Assembly: GCA_963815095.1 (NCBI GenBank)
Contig: CAWFFH010000003.1
Span: forward strand, 256,001 to 320,000
Direction: 5' to 3'
From: Candidatus Bathyarchaeota archaeon
Lineage (GTDB): Archaea > Thermoproteota > Bathyarchaeia > Bathyarchaeales > Bathycorpusculaceae
DNA: 64,000 bases
Shown piece by piece: positions 1 through 10,890 of this stretch. How positions within the stretch are numbered: position 1 is the first letter of the stretch; every line of letters starts with the position of its first letter. The translations under genes and the position numbers were made by a program. The notes under the pieces are model-generated. The model saw only the letters and a list, made by a program, of their open reading frames with translations. It did not search any database and was not told the origin of the DNA.

Positions 1-1
1 C

Positions 2-505
2 AAATCGACAGGGTTGATTATGGAGATGAGCAGCTTCAAGGTGCCCTCGCTTAAAGTTATACTTAAGCAAACTTGGGCAAGAACCAAATCAATCATCTAC
101 ATAGTGTTTCCCATCTATATCGTTGGCAGCGCCCTGCTTCAAGCCCTTTACGTTTACAACGTATTGACGCCTGTCAGCAATGCGCTCTCGCCATTGACAG
201 TTTGGTGGCTTGGCTTACCTGCGGCTGCAGGAGTCCTCCTCATATTAGGTACTGTTCGCAAAGAATTCGTGCTACTTGGCGCTGTAGCAATTTTTGGCAC
301 AACCAACTTGGCTCTATACTTCTCTCCTGTACAGTTTGTAATTATGGCTTTAGTTTCGATGCTCTATATTCCCTGCGTGTCGACAGTGGCGATTTTGGCA
401 AAAGAATTCGGTTGGAAAGCTGCAACATACATATCATTGGCAAATATAGCAGCGGCGTTGTTGATTGGTGGCTTAGCATTTAGACTACTAACGCTATTTG
501 TCTAA
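2..505 (+). CDS. feoB: Ferrous iron transporter B, C-terminal part (truncated by window edge)
   Basis: IMEM..F..P, RKE and LYIPCVST..L.KE.GWK motifs typical of the FeoB C-terminus; frame open to window start. Confidence 0.9.
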   Translation, partial: KSTGLIMEMSSFKVPSLKVILKQTWARTKSIIYIVFPIYIVGSALLQALYVYNVLTPVSNALSPLTVWWLGLPAAAGVLLILGTVRKEFVLLGAVAIFGTTNLALYFSPVQFVIMALVSMLYIPCVSTVAILAKEFGWKAATYISLANIAAALLIGGLAFRLLTLFV

Positions 506-515
506 AATTTTTTCT

Positions 516-920
516 TTAGATTAAGTACATTAATACGTAGACTATTTCTCCTGAGAGAAAGGCAAACCACCATATTGGGAAGAGAACCTTTGCAAGTTTG
601 CCGTGCCACTTGTTTGATGTTTTCAGCCGAACTTGTAAAATTCCGAGGGCGAGAACTGCAATTTCCAAGGCCATTACTATAACTGCGATTGCACCGTGGA
701 TTCCAAAATAAACTGTTAAAATTGGGGTCAAAGTTATTGTTACTGTGCGGAGCAGCATGTATCCGATGGACAGTGATAAGTCCCATACGATTGCTATTGC
801 GCCTGTGACTGGATGGATCCTTTTTTTGCCTCTTCCGCTGAGGTAAGCGTGGATGAAGAGGAAGGCTACTGGGATTAAGCCTACGGCAACTATTGTGCTT
901 TCAAGTGGAGCGGTTGTCAT
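516..920 (-). CDS. Small 4-TM membrane protein with His residues (DUF420-like)
   Basis: Four hydrophobic helices with His in IHP, IHG and WHGKL. Confidence 0.55.
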   Translation of the reverse strand: MTTAPLESTIVAVGLIPVAFLFIHAYLSGRGKKRIHPVTGAIAIVWDLSLSIGYMLLRTVTITLTPILTVYFGIHGAIAVIVMALEIAVLALGILQVRLKTSNKWHGKLAKVLFPIWWFAFLSGEIVYVLMYLI

Positions 921-962
921 GGTTTTTGCCTTGTGCTGCTATGGGGAGTTTGCGGTTGCTAA

Positions 963-1778
963 TTAAGTTGACGACGTATTTTGTTGACTTTGGGTTGGAG
1001 TTTGATTTATTTTAGCTATCGCCACCGCGCCCGAGAGGACGCTATTGTTTAGGAACTTTATCTCCTTTCCCGAATCCAAAAGTACCGTTGTGTGAAGACC
1101 CGTTAACTCCTTAACAGCGCCTTGCTCATTGAGGTAAGATGTGATTACTCGGTCGCCTACAGTATAATGTAGCCTGCTTTCAAATGTAGATTCAGGTTTT
1201 TTCACTGCCGTTATAATAACTCCCCCTGAAGCGACGGCACTGTTCGGGATAGTAATTTGCCCCACATCAGTTCTTATCCGCATGACGAGTGCGGTCATGT
1301 CGATGAGTTTTCCAGGCACATTGTTAACCATGACGTCCTCACCAATTTTGAATTGGTAGGTGGTAAAAACTAGCGCGCCAGAGAGCAACCCACCAACGAA
1401 GGTGGAGATTACTAAGCCAACTGTTATGGAGATTATGCCTGCGCTAGTCAGAAGGGTCGAAAGTGAGACACTAAAGTAGCCCAAGATTATGAAAGTCATT
1501 ATGAGGATAGCTACTCCCATAGAGAGAAACTGTAGTATCGTCGCTACTTGGAGTCCTATTCGCGGCGTTAAGAGCGTTTTTATCCGACGTAAAAAAAATA
1601 TGGCTGCTATTGTAAAGATGAAGACTAAGGATATTTCTACTAATCGTTGAAAGAAATTAGGCAGATTAGTGGGTCCAGCTACAAAAAGCTCAAACAGTAA
1701 GATGGTGATTGCTGCTAAGACTACGATGAAGATTAGGAATGCTATCAGTTTTTTAAGAGAACCCAAGACGCCTGCCAA
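963..1778 (-). CDS. Small-conductance mechanosensitive channel (MscS) family protein
   Basis: TM helices, then FKIGEDV..G.......IRTD.G.ITIPNS; a second MscS-like beta domain follows (VGDRV...FLNNS). Confidence 0.8.
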   Translation of the reverse strand: MAGVLGSLKKLIAFLIFIVVLAAITILLFELFVAGPTNLPNFFQRLVEISLVFIFTIAAIFFLRRIKTLLTPRIGLQVATILQFLSMGVAILIMTFIILGYFSVSLSTLLTSAGIISITVGLVISTFVGGLLSGALVFTTYQFKIGEDVMVNNVPGKLIDMTALVMRIRTDVGQITIPNSAVASGGVIITAVKKPESTFESRLHYTVGDRVITSYLNEQGAVKELTGLHTTVLLDSGKEIKFLNNSVLSGAVAIAKINQTPTQSQQNTSST

Positions 1779-2001
1779 AGCGGATTATCTTCCTTAGTCT
1801 CAATATTAGGTAAGGGTGTTTCTAAGGTTTTCCTCAAGCAGGAACTATTATATTGAATGTTAGTTTAGACTTTGTTATGAGTTACAAAGCTCCGCATTGT
1901 CCTTGCCCAAAGAAAACTTGCCCTCGCCATGGCAACTGCCAAGAATGTGTAAATCATCATAAAGAAAAAAATGAGATGCCCTATTGTGCAAGGTAATTTG
2001 A

Positions 2002-2244
2002 TTGGCTAAATGGTTAGATGGCGAAGCGCAGAAGAAGCGGGAAAAAATCCAAGCGCACTTTTGGAAAATAGTTGGGTCAGTTGAACACATTAACATACCA
2101 AAGTTAGAAGATGCTGTCAAAAAAGAATTCAACACAACCGACGATAGGTTTGTTCAAATGCAAATTAGGCTTATGCAAACGGAATCGAGGGTTAGAGTGC
2201 AAAGCAAGGTTAAAGTGTGGATTAAACAGCCAAATTCTCCTTGA
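2002..2244 (+). CDS. Hypothetical small basic protein
   Basis: 80-aa ORF with AAGGT upstream. Confidence 0.6.
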   Translation: MAKWLDGEAQKKREKIQAHFWKIVGSVEHINIPKLEDAVKKEFNTTDDRFVQMQIRLMQTESRVRVQSKVKVWIKQPNSP

Positions 2245-2341
2245 TTATGGGTGATTTGCGGCAGATATCACAACATTTTAGTGCAAATTACAAAACACTT
2301 AAATTAGCAGATGTTCGCTCTCTTCCATAAGGTAATATGGA

Positions 2342-2923
2342 ATGCAGGCTATCGGAATACTCTTGATACTAATCAGCATAGGAACTATTCTTGGACCCGT
2401 CGGCGCCGTTGTAGTTATTTACCGTAATGATTTAACCCAACTTGTCATTACTCCCCAAATCAGAGACATAATGAACGGCGACAGCAGCATCATTCCAATT
2501 AACCACAACTCAAACGACAACAGCAACTCAGGAGTAGGCGGATTAATGAGCCCCGTGCTTATCAGCACACGAATCAACATAGAAACTTACACCCTCACTG
2601 CTATCTTTAACGTAACTAATACCCTCAATTATGATTTGACACTGAACAGTTTTAGCACCGATGTAGAAATCACTGGGGACCACATTCAGGCTGGCTCTAT
2701 AGGCCTCAGCAACCCAGTTATGGTAGATGCCGGTGAAACTTCACAATTGACCCTTTCAGGCTCTTGGACTCAAGCTGTTCAAGACTATATAACAAATAAT
2801 TATTCAAGCACCTCATCCGTAGAAGTCTACATACTCAATGCCGAAGTAAATGTAAATGGCATAACAATTCAATCCAGCGGAACAATTGATGTTGGCAACA
2901 TCCCCTTTAGCATTGTAGGTTGA
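2342..2923 (+). CDS. Membrane-anchored hypothetical protein (LEA-2/WHy-like beta domain)
   Basis: N-terminal TM helix, NVTNTLNYDLTL pattern. Confidence 0.6.
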   Translation: MQAIGILLILISIGTILGPVGAVVVIYRNDLTQLVITPQIRDIMNGDSSIIPINHNSNDNSNSGVGGLMSPVLISTRINIETYTLTAIFNVTNTLNYDLTLNSFSTDVEITGDHIQAGSIGLSNPVMVDAGETSQLTLSGSWTQAVQDYITNNYSSTSSVEVYILNAEVNVNGITIQSSGTIDVGNIPFSIVG

Positions 2924-2927
2924 TGTT

Positions 2928-3521
2928 ATGCAAAATAGAATTAACATCATCGGTTTGGTTGCTGGAATATCCACTCTTCTATTAATCGCTATCTCAATAT
3001 TTGTTCCTTGGTGGCAATTCAGTGTAGGAAAGCCCTTTATTGCCTCAGTTAACGTGTCCCCGGTTAACTGGAACATTGCACTCTTAGGCAACTCGATTAC
3101 GATTCCGCTTGTTTTTGCATTGAATTTAGCTAGTGCATTAACCCTATTGTCTGGAGGCATAATTATGATGATCTACTCTCTGAAACCCAACAAATCATAT
3201 TCAAAAAAGCTACTTGGGTTCGCATACAAAAAACCCCTGTACGCAGTGATAATATTTGTAGTTACATTAATAGCGATGAGCTTCATAGTTCAAGGTTTTT
3301 CAGGGTTTGCTTTTCCATTAATGGGTTCAAGTGTAATGTCGCTTCCGGGAAATTTAGTGCCTAATGGAACAAATGTCAGCGTTTACGTTTCAGCAGCTTT
3401 CGGTTGGCCGTTCTATTTTGCTATTGTTGTCGCTGGATTATGCATTGTCGCGAGGGTTTACCACAGAAAAGTCGAAACTGCAAACACGGAACTGCCACTC
3501 CCACCTCCTCCTAAACAATAA
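2928..3521 (+). CDS. Hypothetical 4-TM membrane protein with Pro-rich tail
   Basis: Hydrophobic helices; 4 bp after previous ORF. Confidence 0.7.
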   Translation: MQNRINIIGLVAGISTLLLIAISIFVPWWQFSVGKPFIASVNVSPVNWNIALLGNSITIPLVFALNLASALTLLSGGIIMMIYSLKPNKSYSKKLLGFAYKKPLYAVIIFVVTLIAMSFIVQGFSGFAFPLMGSSVMSLPGNLVPNGTNVSVYVSAAFGWPFYFAIVVAGLCIVARVYHRKVETANTELPLPPPPKQ

Positions 3522-3679
3522 ATTGAATTTTAGAAAAGGTGTTGAAAGCATCAGTATTACCTATTTCTTGATTCAAATTAACAATTTATTGCTGGAAATT
3601 CCTTCTATATCCTAATTTGTTCATTGACTGTTTTGAAAAAGTATTAGTTAAAGCACTTCATTGCTCTATTTTGATTAAA

Positions 3680-4202
3680 ATGAGCAGCCCAAATTTTCTG
3701 TTTGAAGTCAACGATTTGGTTATGAAAAAGAAAATCCTCTCTGTTCGAGAGCACTATGACTTTGAGGACGTGAACGGCGCAAAATTAGGTGAGGCTGACG
3801 GCGCCATTATTCAGGTTCCACCCAAATTTGTAGTTGTCGACAATCATGGTCAAAAGTTGATGCATCTTGAAGGAAAAATGCTCTCATTCCGAAGTCAATT
3901 CACTTTTTACGACAATCAGAGTGCTGAACTTGGAACCATAAGAAAGAAGATTGTCGAGTTGGTTGGAGAAGAATATTGGGTAGAAAAGAACGGGTTTGAA
4001 TTCATGCGCATTTATGGAGACTTCACTGAACATGATTACCAGATGGAAGTTAACGGCGCTCCAGTTGCTTCTATTCACAAGAAATGGGTTTCATTGCGCG
4101 ACCAAATAGGAATCTCTATTAACGGGAGCGGTGGACCATCGTGTAGTCGTTGGAGCGGTAGTTGTCATCGAGTACATAGAGGTCACGGGAAGGCAAAGAT
4201 AA
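3680..4202 (+). pseudogene. LURP-one/scramblase (Tubby C-like) protein with frameshift near 4125
   Basis: KKKILSVREHY, IYGDFTEHDY and SIHKKWVSLRD motifs; the expected terminal helix VDHRVVVGAVVVIEYIE* is in another frame after AACGGGAGCG. Confidence 0.75.
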
Positions 4203-4248
4203 TTCATAACAGCAGCAATTACAAACAAAAATATGAGACAGTTAAAAA

Positions 4249-4488
4249 TTATTTGATTATTTCACCGATAGCTAACTTTTCGCCCACTTGGACAATTTTA
4301 ACTTTAACGCGGTCCCGGGGCTTAGCTTTTGGAACCTGAATAAGATAGCCTCGAATATTAGACACACCATCTCCATTTGGACTCAAACCGTTAATGTTTA
4401 CGTCTAATTCGTCTCCTAACTCGACGGGACATTTCTTCTCAACATGTTTAATTTTAAATTTCCCGCCTCGAACTCTTCTATGAACCAA
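4249..4488 (-). CDS. Single TRAM-domain protein
   Basis: CPVELGDELDV.I.GL...GDGV..I.GY.I.VP.AK..DRVKVKI. Confidence 0.9.
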   Translation of the reverse strand: MVHRRVRGGKFKIKHVEKKCPVELGDELDVNINGLSPNGDGVSNIRGYLIQVPKAKPRDRVKVKIVQVGEKLAIGEIIK

Positions 4489-4697
4489 TGTAAAACCTCG
4501 CGTTATTTTATGTTTAAATGGAGATATAGGGCTTAAGTCTTCCGTAAATTCTTACAGTTTTCCACAAAGGTTTGAGTTTGTTTTTCAAAAAGAATATACC
4601 CAGGAAAATAATTATTTGTGGTAGTGAGCGGTTTCTTGAGAGCAAAATTTCTTGAACCTAACTCTATGGATCAAAAATCTTTGGTGCTGAAAATTCA

Positions 4698-5893
4698 ATG
4701 GTGTTCGATACCTACCGCAGATTACCCAAAGAGGCCAAATACCTAATTTACTCAGCCATCCTGCCCTTCATTGCATACTGCATGTTCTACACCGACCTCT
4801 CCTTCTTCCTCACTTCAGTCCAAGGTTTACCATCCCTATAATGGGGTTGATAGTAACCGTTATGGGTGTGGCAACTTTTGCCGCGAGCATTCCATTGGGG
4901 ATAGTTGCGGACAAATATGGCCGCAAAAGGCTCCATATAGCCGGCAACATAATTGCAAGCGCCATAATTACTGTTTTTGCTCTTACAACCAACATCGCTT
5001 TTTTGTTGATTGCTGCCGTTGTAGAGGGGATAGTTGAGGCGGCGTTTGCGGCTTCGGCGAATGCGTTACTTGCAGAGAAAGCTGAAGAAAAGCGGAGAAC
5101 CGATGCATATTCGCTGTTTGGGTTTGCACAAAGCGCTGCGTTTGGGGTGGGTAGCTTATTGATTCCTCTGGTGATGATTTTTGAGACTGTTGGCTTCAAC
5201 AACAAAGAGGGGCACGTTTTGCTTTACGTTGTTTTGGCGGTTCTTAGTTTGTCCTCAACGCTGTTTATGCTTCGGATAAGTGAACCGCAAAGGGAGAAGA
5301 GGCATGGCGTTAATTGGAAAAAGATGCTTCCTCACAAATCGAAAGACCCCTTGGTAAGGTACGTTATTTCGAGTGGGTTGATTGCTTTTGGTGCGGGGTT
5401 GGTGGTTCCGTTGATGGCGGCTTGGTTTGGGTTGAAATTTGGCATCAGCGACGCAGTGAGCGGACCCATATTGGGTTTATCAAGTATAGTGACAGGTGTA
5501 GCCACGTTGGCTGGGCCTTCGCTTGCCAAGAGACTAGGTTTAGTTAAAGCTATCACTGTCACACAGGGTTTCTCAACGTTGTTTATGTTTTTGGTTCCTT
5601 TGTCGTCTGGCTACGTTTCAGCTGGTTTCGCGTATGCAACTCGAAGCTTTTTGATAAACATGGCAACTCCGCTTGAGCAGTCGGTGATTATGGGTATAGT
5701 TGTTGAGGATGAACGAGGCGCTGCATCAGGCGTGAATTCAGCAGTCTGGAGTTTACCGAATGCTTTGAGCAGTTTCGTTGGCGCGTATTTGATGGCTTTG
5801 GGGTTTTTGGCAGCTCCCTTCTTTCTTTCAGGTATATTCTCTATCGTTTCTATTGCATTGTTCTGGTATTTCTTCCGAAAAATAATAGGTTAA
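4698..5893 (+). pseudogene. MFS transporter with frameshift near 4835-4841
   Basis: First helix (MVFDTYRRLPKEAKYLIYS...) stops at TAA 4839-4841, overlapping ATG 4841 in another frame; GIVADKYGRKR motif A follows. Confidence 0.8.
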
Positions 5894-6204
5894 AACGCAA
5901 AAAAAGGGGCAACTCCTATATGTCAGGTGGAAGTTTGAATAGCACAGATCGATATGAACCCAGAAAATTATAAATCGATAAGAAACAAGCCAAAACGCAC
6001 CGAGGTCATCAGCAAAGCCAAAAAACGAATGCTTGCAAAAGTTAAATTGTCTTCAACTTCTACCCCAAAGCTGCGATCTATCTACAATACAAAAACTGAA
6101 TGGGCAACAAAACTTCTTCCTAAAGTAAAAGAATAGATTAAGCGGGCAAACAAACAGGAAATCTTTTTTAATAATCATTCTTTTCAAAGATACAGTGAAT
6201 TTAC

Positions 6205-6438
6205 ATGACTGAATCAATCAAAAAAAGAGTACAAGAAGCTCTTGACGAAATAAGACCTCAAATCCAACTTGACGGCGGAGACGTCGAACTAGTTGCAGTT
6301 GAAGGATCAACCGTGAAAGTCCGCTTAGTTGGACACTGCGCAGGTTGCCCAATGTCAGCTATGACACTTAAAAATGGTGTCGAAGCAGTCATCAAGGAAC
6401 GCGTTCCAGAGATTCAGAAGGTTGAAGCGGTTCAATAA
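6205..6438 (+). CDS. NifU/NfuA C-terminal-domain Fe-S carrier protein
   Basis: IRPQIQLDGGDVELV...GHCAGCPMS..TLK.GVE. Confidence 0.92.
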   Translation: MTESIKKRVQEALDEIRPQIQLDGGDVELVAVEGSTVKVRLVGHCAGCPMSAMTLKNGVEAVIKERVPEIQKVEAVQ

Positions 6439-6746
6439 GTCAGATCGCTTAATCTACAATTAAATTTTCTTGATTAGTCCAACTAAAAATTTTTTTCTTT
6501 TTGGATTTAGAATTCAAATGGCTTACTTGTTTGAACTGACTAAGTTTAACTTACGTTATCTCAAATAACAAATTTTGGATTTTGGAAAAATCGGTATCTG
6601 TACCTGTAACTTTTCGTTACCTCAGTTTCTTTTTTTTGCGGCAAAATGGTATTGTAAGCACAATGTACTCTGAAAATTGGTTGCAGAAATTAACAGCAGT
6701 CTAATAAGCACAATCCAACCAATCAGTTGGCTAAGGAGATCGACAT

Positions 6747-8171
6747 TTGAAAGTCCTGTTCATTGAGCCGCCTAAAGACATATGGTTTGTCATGGGCGAA
6801 TATTTGCCGCCTCCTTACGGCATAATTCAACTCGCTGCCTATTTGGAAAAAGAAAACAAAAATGTCCAACTAGAAATTCTTGATTGCAACGCGGAGAAAG
6901 TCGATTGGAAACAGATGAAGGAGCGCATTGTTGCTTCAAACCCTGATATGGTGGCTTGTGCTTCTCTTGCTACATGCAATACCTATGCCGTCGCAAAAAC
7001 TCTTCAAATAGCTAAACACATGGCACCAAAAGCTGTCACAGTTACAGGAGGGCAGCACTTCACCGCAACAGCCCAAGATAGCCTACAACTTTATCCAGAA
7101 ATCGATTTCATCATTCGCAACGAGGGAGAACAAACTTTAAGTGAATTGATAAAAGCCCGCCAACAGGGAAGGGATTTCCAAAAAATTGATGGCATCTCAT
7201 TTAGGAGCGGCGAAAAGGTCATACATAACCCATCTAGACCTTTGATAAGTAACTTAGAGGATTTGCCTTTTCCAGGCTACCATCTTGTTAGAGACAACAT
7301 GCCAAAATACCATTTCTCTGTCATGTCGGGCAAAAGGGCACCGTACGCACTTATTGAGGGCGCACGTGGCTGCAATCACCAATGCACTTTTTGTACACAA
7401 TGGCGTCATTGGCAAGCCTGCTGGCGACTCAAACCAGCGAAGCGCATTGCAGAAGAAATGGCATATTGTAGCCGGGAGTTTGGAAGCGAGATGATTTGGC
7501 TAACCGACGATAACTTTGGGTCTGGGCAGCGCCCAAGGGAAATTGCTGAGGAAATCATATCTAAACAGCTACCTGATGATGTGTCGTGGTTTGTTCAGGC
7601 AAGGTGCGATGACATTATTCGCAATAAAGATGTTCTGCCCAGATTGGCTAAGTCAGGGTTAAGCTGGGTGCTGCTTGGTGTCGAGAATTCGAGTCTTGCT
7701 ACATTGGACTATTTTAAGAAAGGCATAACGCCCAATGAAGCAAAGACGGCGGTGCGGCAACTGCAAGACAATGGCATAATGGCTCACGCCATGGTCATCA
7801 TTGGCAATAGAAAAGAAACTCACCAATCCATCCTTCAGCTCCGAGAGTTCGCCAACGATTTAGACCCCGATTTCCTTATGTTCGGCATATTAACACCGTT
7901 TCCTGGAACAGAAGTCTACTCCGAAGCAGAACGCAACGGGTGGATAGAAGATCGTAACTGGAACCACTACGACATGATTCATGCCATCATGCCAACTGAA
8001 ACGCTATCTACCCATCAAATACAAGAGGAACTTTATGGCTGCTACCGCGACTTCTATGGATCCTGGAATAGACGATTCCATGGACTTTTCTCAAGCAATC
8101 CCATGAAGCGACGCACCTTCAGGCACATGGTAACATGGGGAGTGCTTGGCAAAATTAAATCGATGTTCTAG
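6747..8171 (+). CDS. Cobalamin-binding-domain radical SAM protein (BchE/class B-like)
   Basis: PPYGIIQLAAYL, GGQHFT, RGCNHQCTFC, DDNF, LGVEN, TPFPGT. Confidence 0.9.
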   Translation: MKVLFIEPPKDIWFVMGEYLPPPYGIIQLAAYLEKENKNVQLEILDCNAEKVDWKQMKERIVASNPDMVACASLATCNTYAVAKTLQIAKHMAPKAVTVTGGQHFTATAQDSLQLYPEIDFIIRNEGEQTLSELIKARQQGRDFQKIDGISFRSGEKVIHNPSRPLISNLEDLPFPGYHLVRDNMPKYHFSVMSGKRAPYALIEGARGCNHQCTFCTQWRHWQACWRLKPAKRIAEEMAYCSREFGSEMIWLTDDNFGSGQRPREIAEEIISKQLPDDVSWFVQARCDDIIRNKDVLPRLAKSGLSWVLLGVENSSLATLDYFKKGITPNEAKTAVRQLQDNGIMAHAMVIIGNRKETHQSILQLREFANDLDPDFLMFGILTPFPGTEVYSEAERNGWIEDRNWNHYDMIHAIMPTETLSTHQIQEELYGCYRDFYGSWNRRFHGLFSSNPMKRRTFRHMVTWGVLGKIKSMF

Positions 8172-8180
8172 GCGAAAACA

Positions 8181-8873
8181 ATGTCGAACCATGAAATCTC
8201 CAAGTTTTTTCTGCTGTTCTTGGTGGCTGTTGCAGTTTTCGGGTTGGCGCTGGTCCCGCTTCTTTTGCTTCAGCCAAACCTGCAAGGCGACCAGTCATCC
8301 CTCCGGCGCCCTCTCATAAGCGTTGTATACTCAGTTATCTGCATTGGAGGCGTAGTTGCAGTGTTTTATCCTGGCAAATGCCGCTTGATGTTCCAAAAAC
8401 CTACAGTCTCTTACAATCCTAACGAAAAGTCTGCTTCACCTATACAGATTAAAGGGCACCATCCAGAGTGTGAAAACTTCTCAGCTAATCGTTTCACAAT
8501 AAGAGGTTCGGTTTTTTGCGCTGCTTGCAGTGGCTTATTGATAGGGGCAATTGCCGCAATAGCGGGAATAGCTATGTTTTCTTTAGGCTCTTTTGACTTG
8601 GGAAATGGAAGCCTATGGTTTCTAGTTGCTGGGGAAGTTTTGATGATTATTGGATTAGCTCAAATAAAAATTAGTGGTTTGTTCAAGCTGGCGGTTAATG
8701 CTTTGTTTGTGATTGGGTCGTTTTTAACTTTGGTTGAGGCGGATTTGGTTGGGCAGAGTTTCTTGGTTGATAGCTATGTGCTTGGATTAATTGTTTTTAT
8801 GTTGTGGTTTAGGATTTTGCTCTCAGAATGGAATAATAAACAAACTTGTGAGGCTTGTGAACGTTGCGTTTAG
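8181..8873 (+). CDS. Membrane protein with Cys/His motifs
   Basis: Several TM helices; GHHPEC, CAAC and terminal CEACERC; directly after the rSAM gene. Confidence 0.7.
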   Translation: MSNHEISKFFLLFLVAVAVFGLALVPLLLLQPNLQGDQSSLRRPLISVVYSVICIGGVVAVFYPGKCRLMFQKPTVSYNPNEKSASPIQIKGHHPECENFSANRFTIRGSVFCAACSGLLIGAIAAIAGIAMFSLGSFDLGNGSLWFLVAGEVLMIIGLAQIKISGLFKLAVNALFVIGSFLTLVEADLVGQSFLVDSYVLGLIVFMLWFRILLSEWNNKQTCEACERCV

Positions 8874-9220
8874 GCTGGGGGGTTTGGAGGGGCGCTATAT
8901 CGTCTGCGTCTTCCGAAAAGCGCTCCTAACACGATGAGCACGCCGAAGATGATTATTATGAATGGCCACAAATCTATCCATATGCCATAAGTGGCTTGTA
9001 AGAACAAGGCTAACCCCGCAAGGACTATAATGATACCTATAATGACGCCTACAATCATGCCACCGTTTGGCAAGCCGAAGCATTCGTTTTCCATTCTGCG
9101 GTAGTGCTCTCGGTCGCTTCCAGGGTAACGTTGACCTACAGTGTAGAGGGGTGCACCGCAGTTTGTGCAGTTGTTGTTGGTATCTGGGTTTTGGGTACCA
9201 CATTTGCTACAATAAACCAT
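8870..9220 (-). CDS. Zinc-ribbon domain membrane protein
   Basis: MVYCSKCG..N......CTNCGAPL plus two TM helices. Confidence 0.8.
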   Translation of the reverse strand: MVYCSKCGTQNPDTNNNCTNCGAPLYTVGQRYPGSDREHYRRMENECFGLPNGGMIVGVIIGIIIVLAGLALFLQATYGIWIDLWPFIIIIFGVLIVLGALFGRRRRYSAPPNPPA

Positions 9221-9420
9221 TAGAATCCTCAAACAACAGTTAACCTGATTTGGTTTTAAGATTTTCGATAATAAAAACTCGGTTATCTACTTCCCAGATT
9301 TGAGACCTAATAAGTCAACTTTGATCTTCCAGAAACCCAGTGAATAGCTGGTTCCAGGGCTTGAGGTTAATGCAAAAAAGTATCTTGAACGATATTGAGA
9401 TGTAAGACCTATCTTAGCCA

Positions 9421-10659
9421 TCAGGGTATCCAGAAGATACGCTTTCTCTTTCTTATTGTAATTGAACTTAACGAAATTAACCCAATAAGAGCCAGCAAAA
9501 TTAGCATAAATGGAAACTCTGGTATTGTTGGTGAAGGGTTTGGGGTTGAGCTAATAGTTGGCGAAGCTGTAGGGTTTTGTGCTGGATTATTTGTTGGTTG
9601 AGTTGTCGGTTGGATTGAAGGATTTTGTGTTGGAGCATTTGTTGGTGATGTTGTTGGGTTAGATGTTGGTGCTGAAGTTGGAACTGTGGAAGGAGTAGGA
9701 TGTGTTGATGGTGGTGGGATTGCAGTTGGAGTTGGGGATGGACTTGGAGAGGATATAGGAGTGGTGGTTTGACTTGCAGAATTTAGGGAAAAGATTATTG
9801 TGCCATTAATGTAAGTGCCGTAAGTGACTATGTTGTTGCTTGCTAGTATGTCAAGCGTCTGTTGAGTAGGATGCCCATATTGGTTGTTAATACCAGCACT
9901 AATAACAGCATATGCCGGAATAATAGCATTAAGGAATGCTTGAGAAGTGCTTGTGCTACTCCCATGATGACCCACCTTTAACACTTGACTATGAAGGCTA
10001 AAACCAGAAGACAACATACTTTGTTCACTATCAAATTGTGCATCTCCAGACAACATTACGCTAGTATTACCAACTTGAAGTTTCATAACAATGCTGTTAT
10101 CATTGATCTCGTTATCGGTACTGCCAAATTGCGTTGGATTAGTTGGGCTAATAACAGTGAAATTAATTGTTGGTGAGATAGAATAAATTTGATTTCTATG
10201 ACCTTGCGTTAAATTATGTGTCAAAGCTAAATTTTTCCATGTGTTAAAAGTTGCAGCTGAAGTGTAATTATAACCATTGTAGACTATATCCTGAATAGGT
10301 ATACTTGATTGCAATACTGAGACTAAACCACCTATATGGTCTGCATGAGGATGAGTTGCAATAAGTAGATCTATTTTTTTGACATTATAGGTGCTCAAAT
10401 AACCTAGCATAGTAGTGCCAGCACTTGTCGGTCCGCCATCTATCAGAATGTTCTTTGTTAAAGTTTTCACTATTATGGAATCACCTTGCCCAATATCAAG
10501 AAAATAAACAGTTACATTTTCTGGACAAGAAGTGTAAAGAGAGAGGGAGGATGTTGAAGATGCATAAGTTTGTGTTTGTAAGTCAACTTGAAAGATTGCT
10601 ATTACTAATAATGCAATTATAATGACTACAGATATTCTCTTCAAATTTAATTTCCTCAA
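9421..10659 (-). CDS. Secreted ComEC/Rec2-type metallo-beta-lactamase-fold hydrolase with P/T linker and PEF-CTERM anchor
   Basis: FLDIGQGDS, THPHADHIGG, NDNSIV, GDA, KVGHHGS, NQYGHP; IPEFP-TM-basic tail. Confidence 0.88.
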   Translation of the reverse strand: MRKLNLKRISVVIIIALLVIAIFQVDLQTQTYASSTSSLSLYTSCPENVTVYFLDIGQGDSIIVKTLTKNILIDGGPTSAGTTMLGYLSTYNVKKIDLLIATHPHADHIGGLVSVLQSSIPIQDIVYNGYNYTSAATFNTWKNLALTHNLTQGHRNQIYSISPTINFTVISPTNPTQFGSTDNEINDNSIVMKLQVGNTSVMLSGDAQFDSEQSMLSSGFSLHSQVLKVGHHGSSTSTSQAFLNAIIPAYAVISAGINNQYGHPTQQTLDILASNNIVTYGTYINGTIIFSLNSASQTTTPISSPSPSPTPTAIPPPSTHPTPSTVPTSAPTSNPTTSPTNAPTQNPSIQPTTQPTNNPAQNPTASPTISSTPNPSPTIPEFPFMLILLALIGLISLSSITIRKRKRIFWIP

Positions 10660-10890
10660 AGATACCTAACAATTCAACTTCATTTTGATTATGTGATGTT
10701 AGCACTTAAAAGTCTAAGCATAGCACATAACTAGTACACTTAAATTGAGACTGTTTTTGTTATCCCAAGATTCTCAAGTATGTTTACTAGACATTATTTA
10801 TGGCAAGATATGAAATCACTTGGGCTTATGGTAATAGAGATAGAAAAATAGATTGGAGAAGACTTTGCTGTCTACCAGTTTATTGTCATG

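Noticed and set aside
5954-6136. 60-aa basic ORF upstream of the NifU-type gene
   Set aside because: No recognisable motif; may be the shadow of a small minus-strand membrane ORF.
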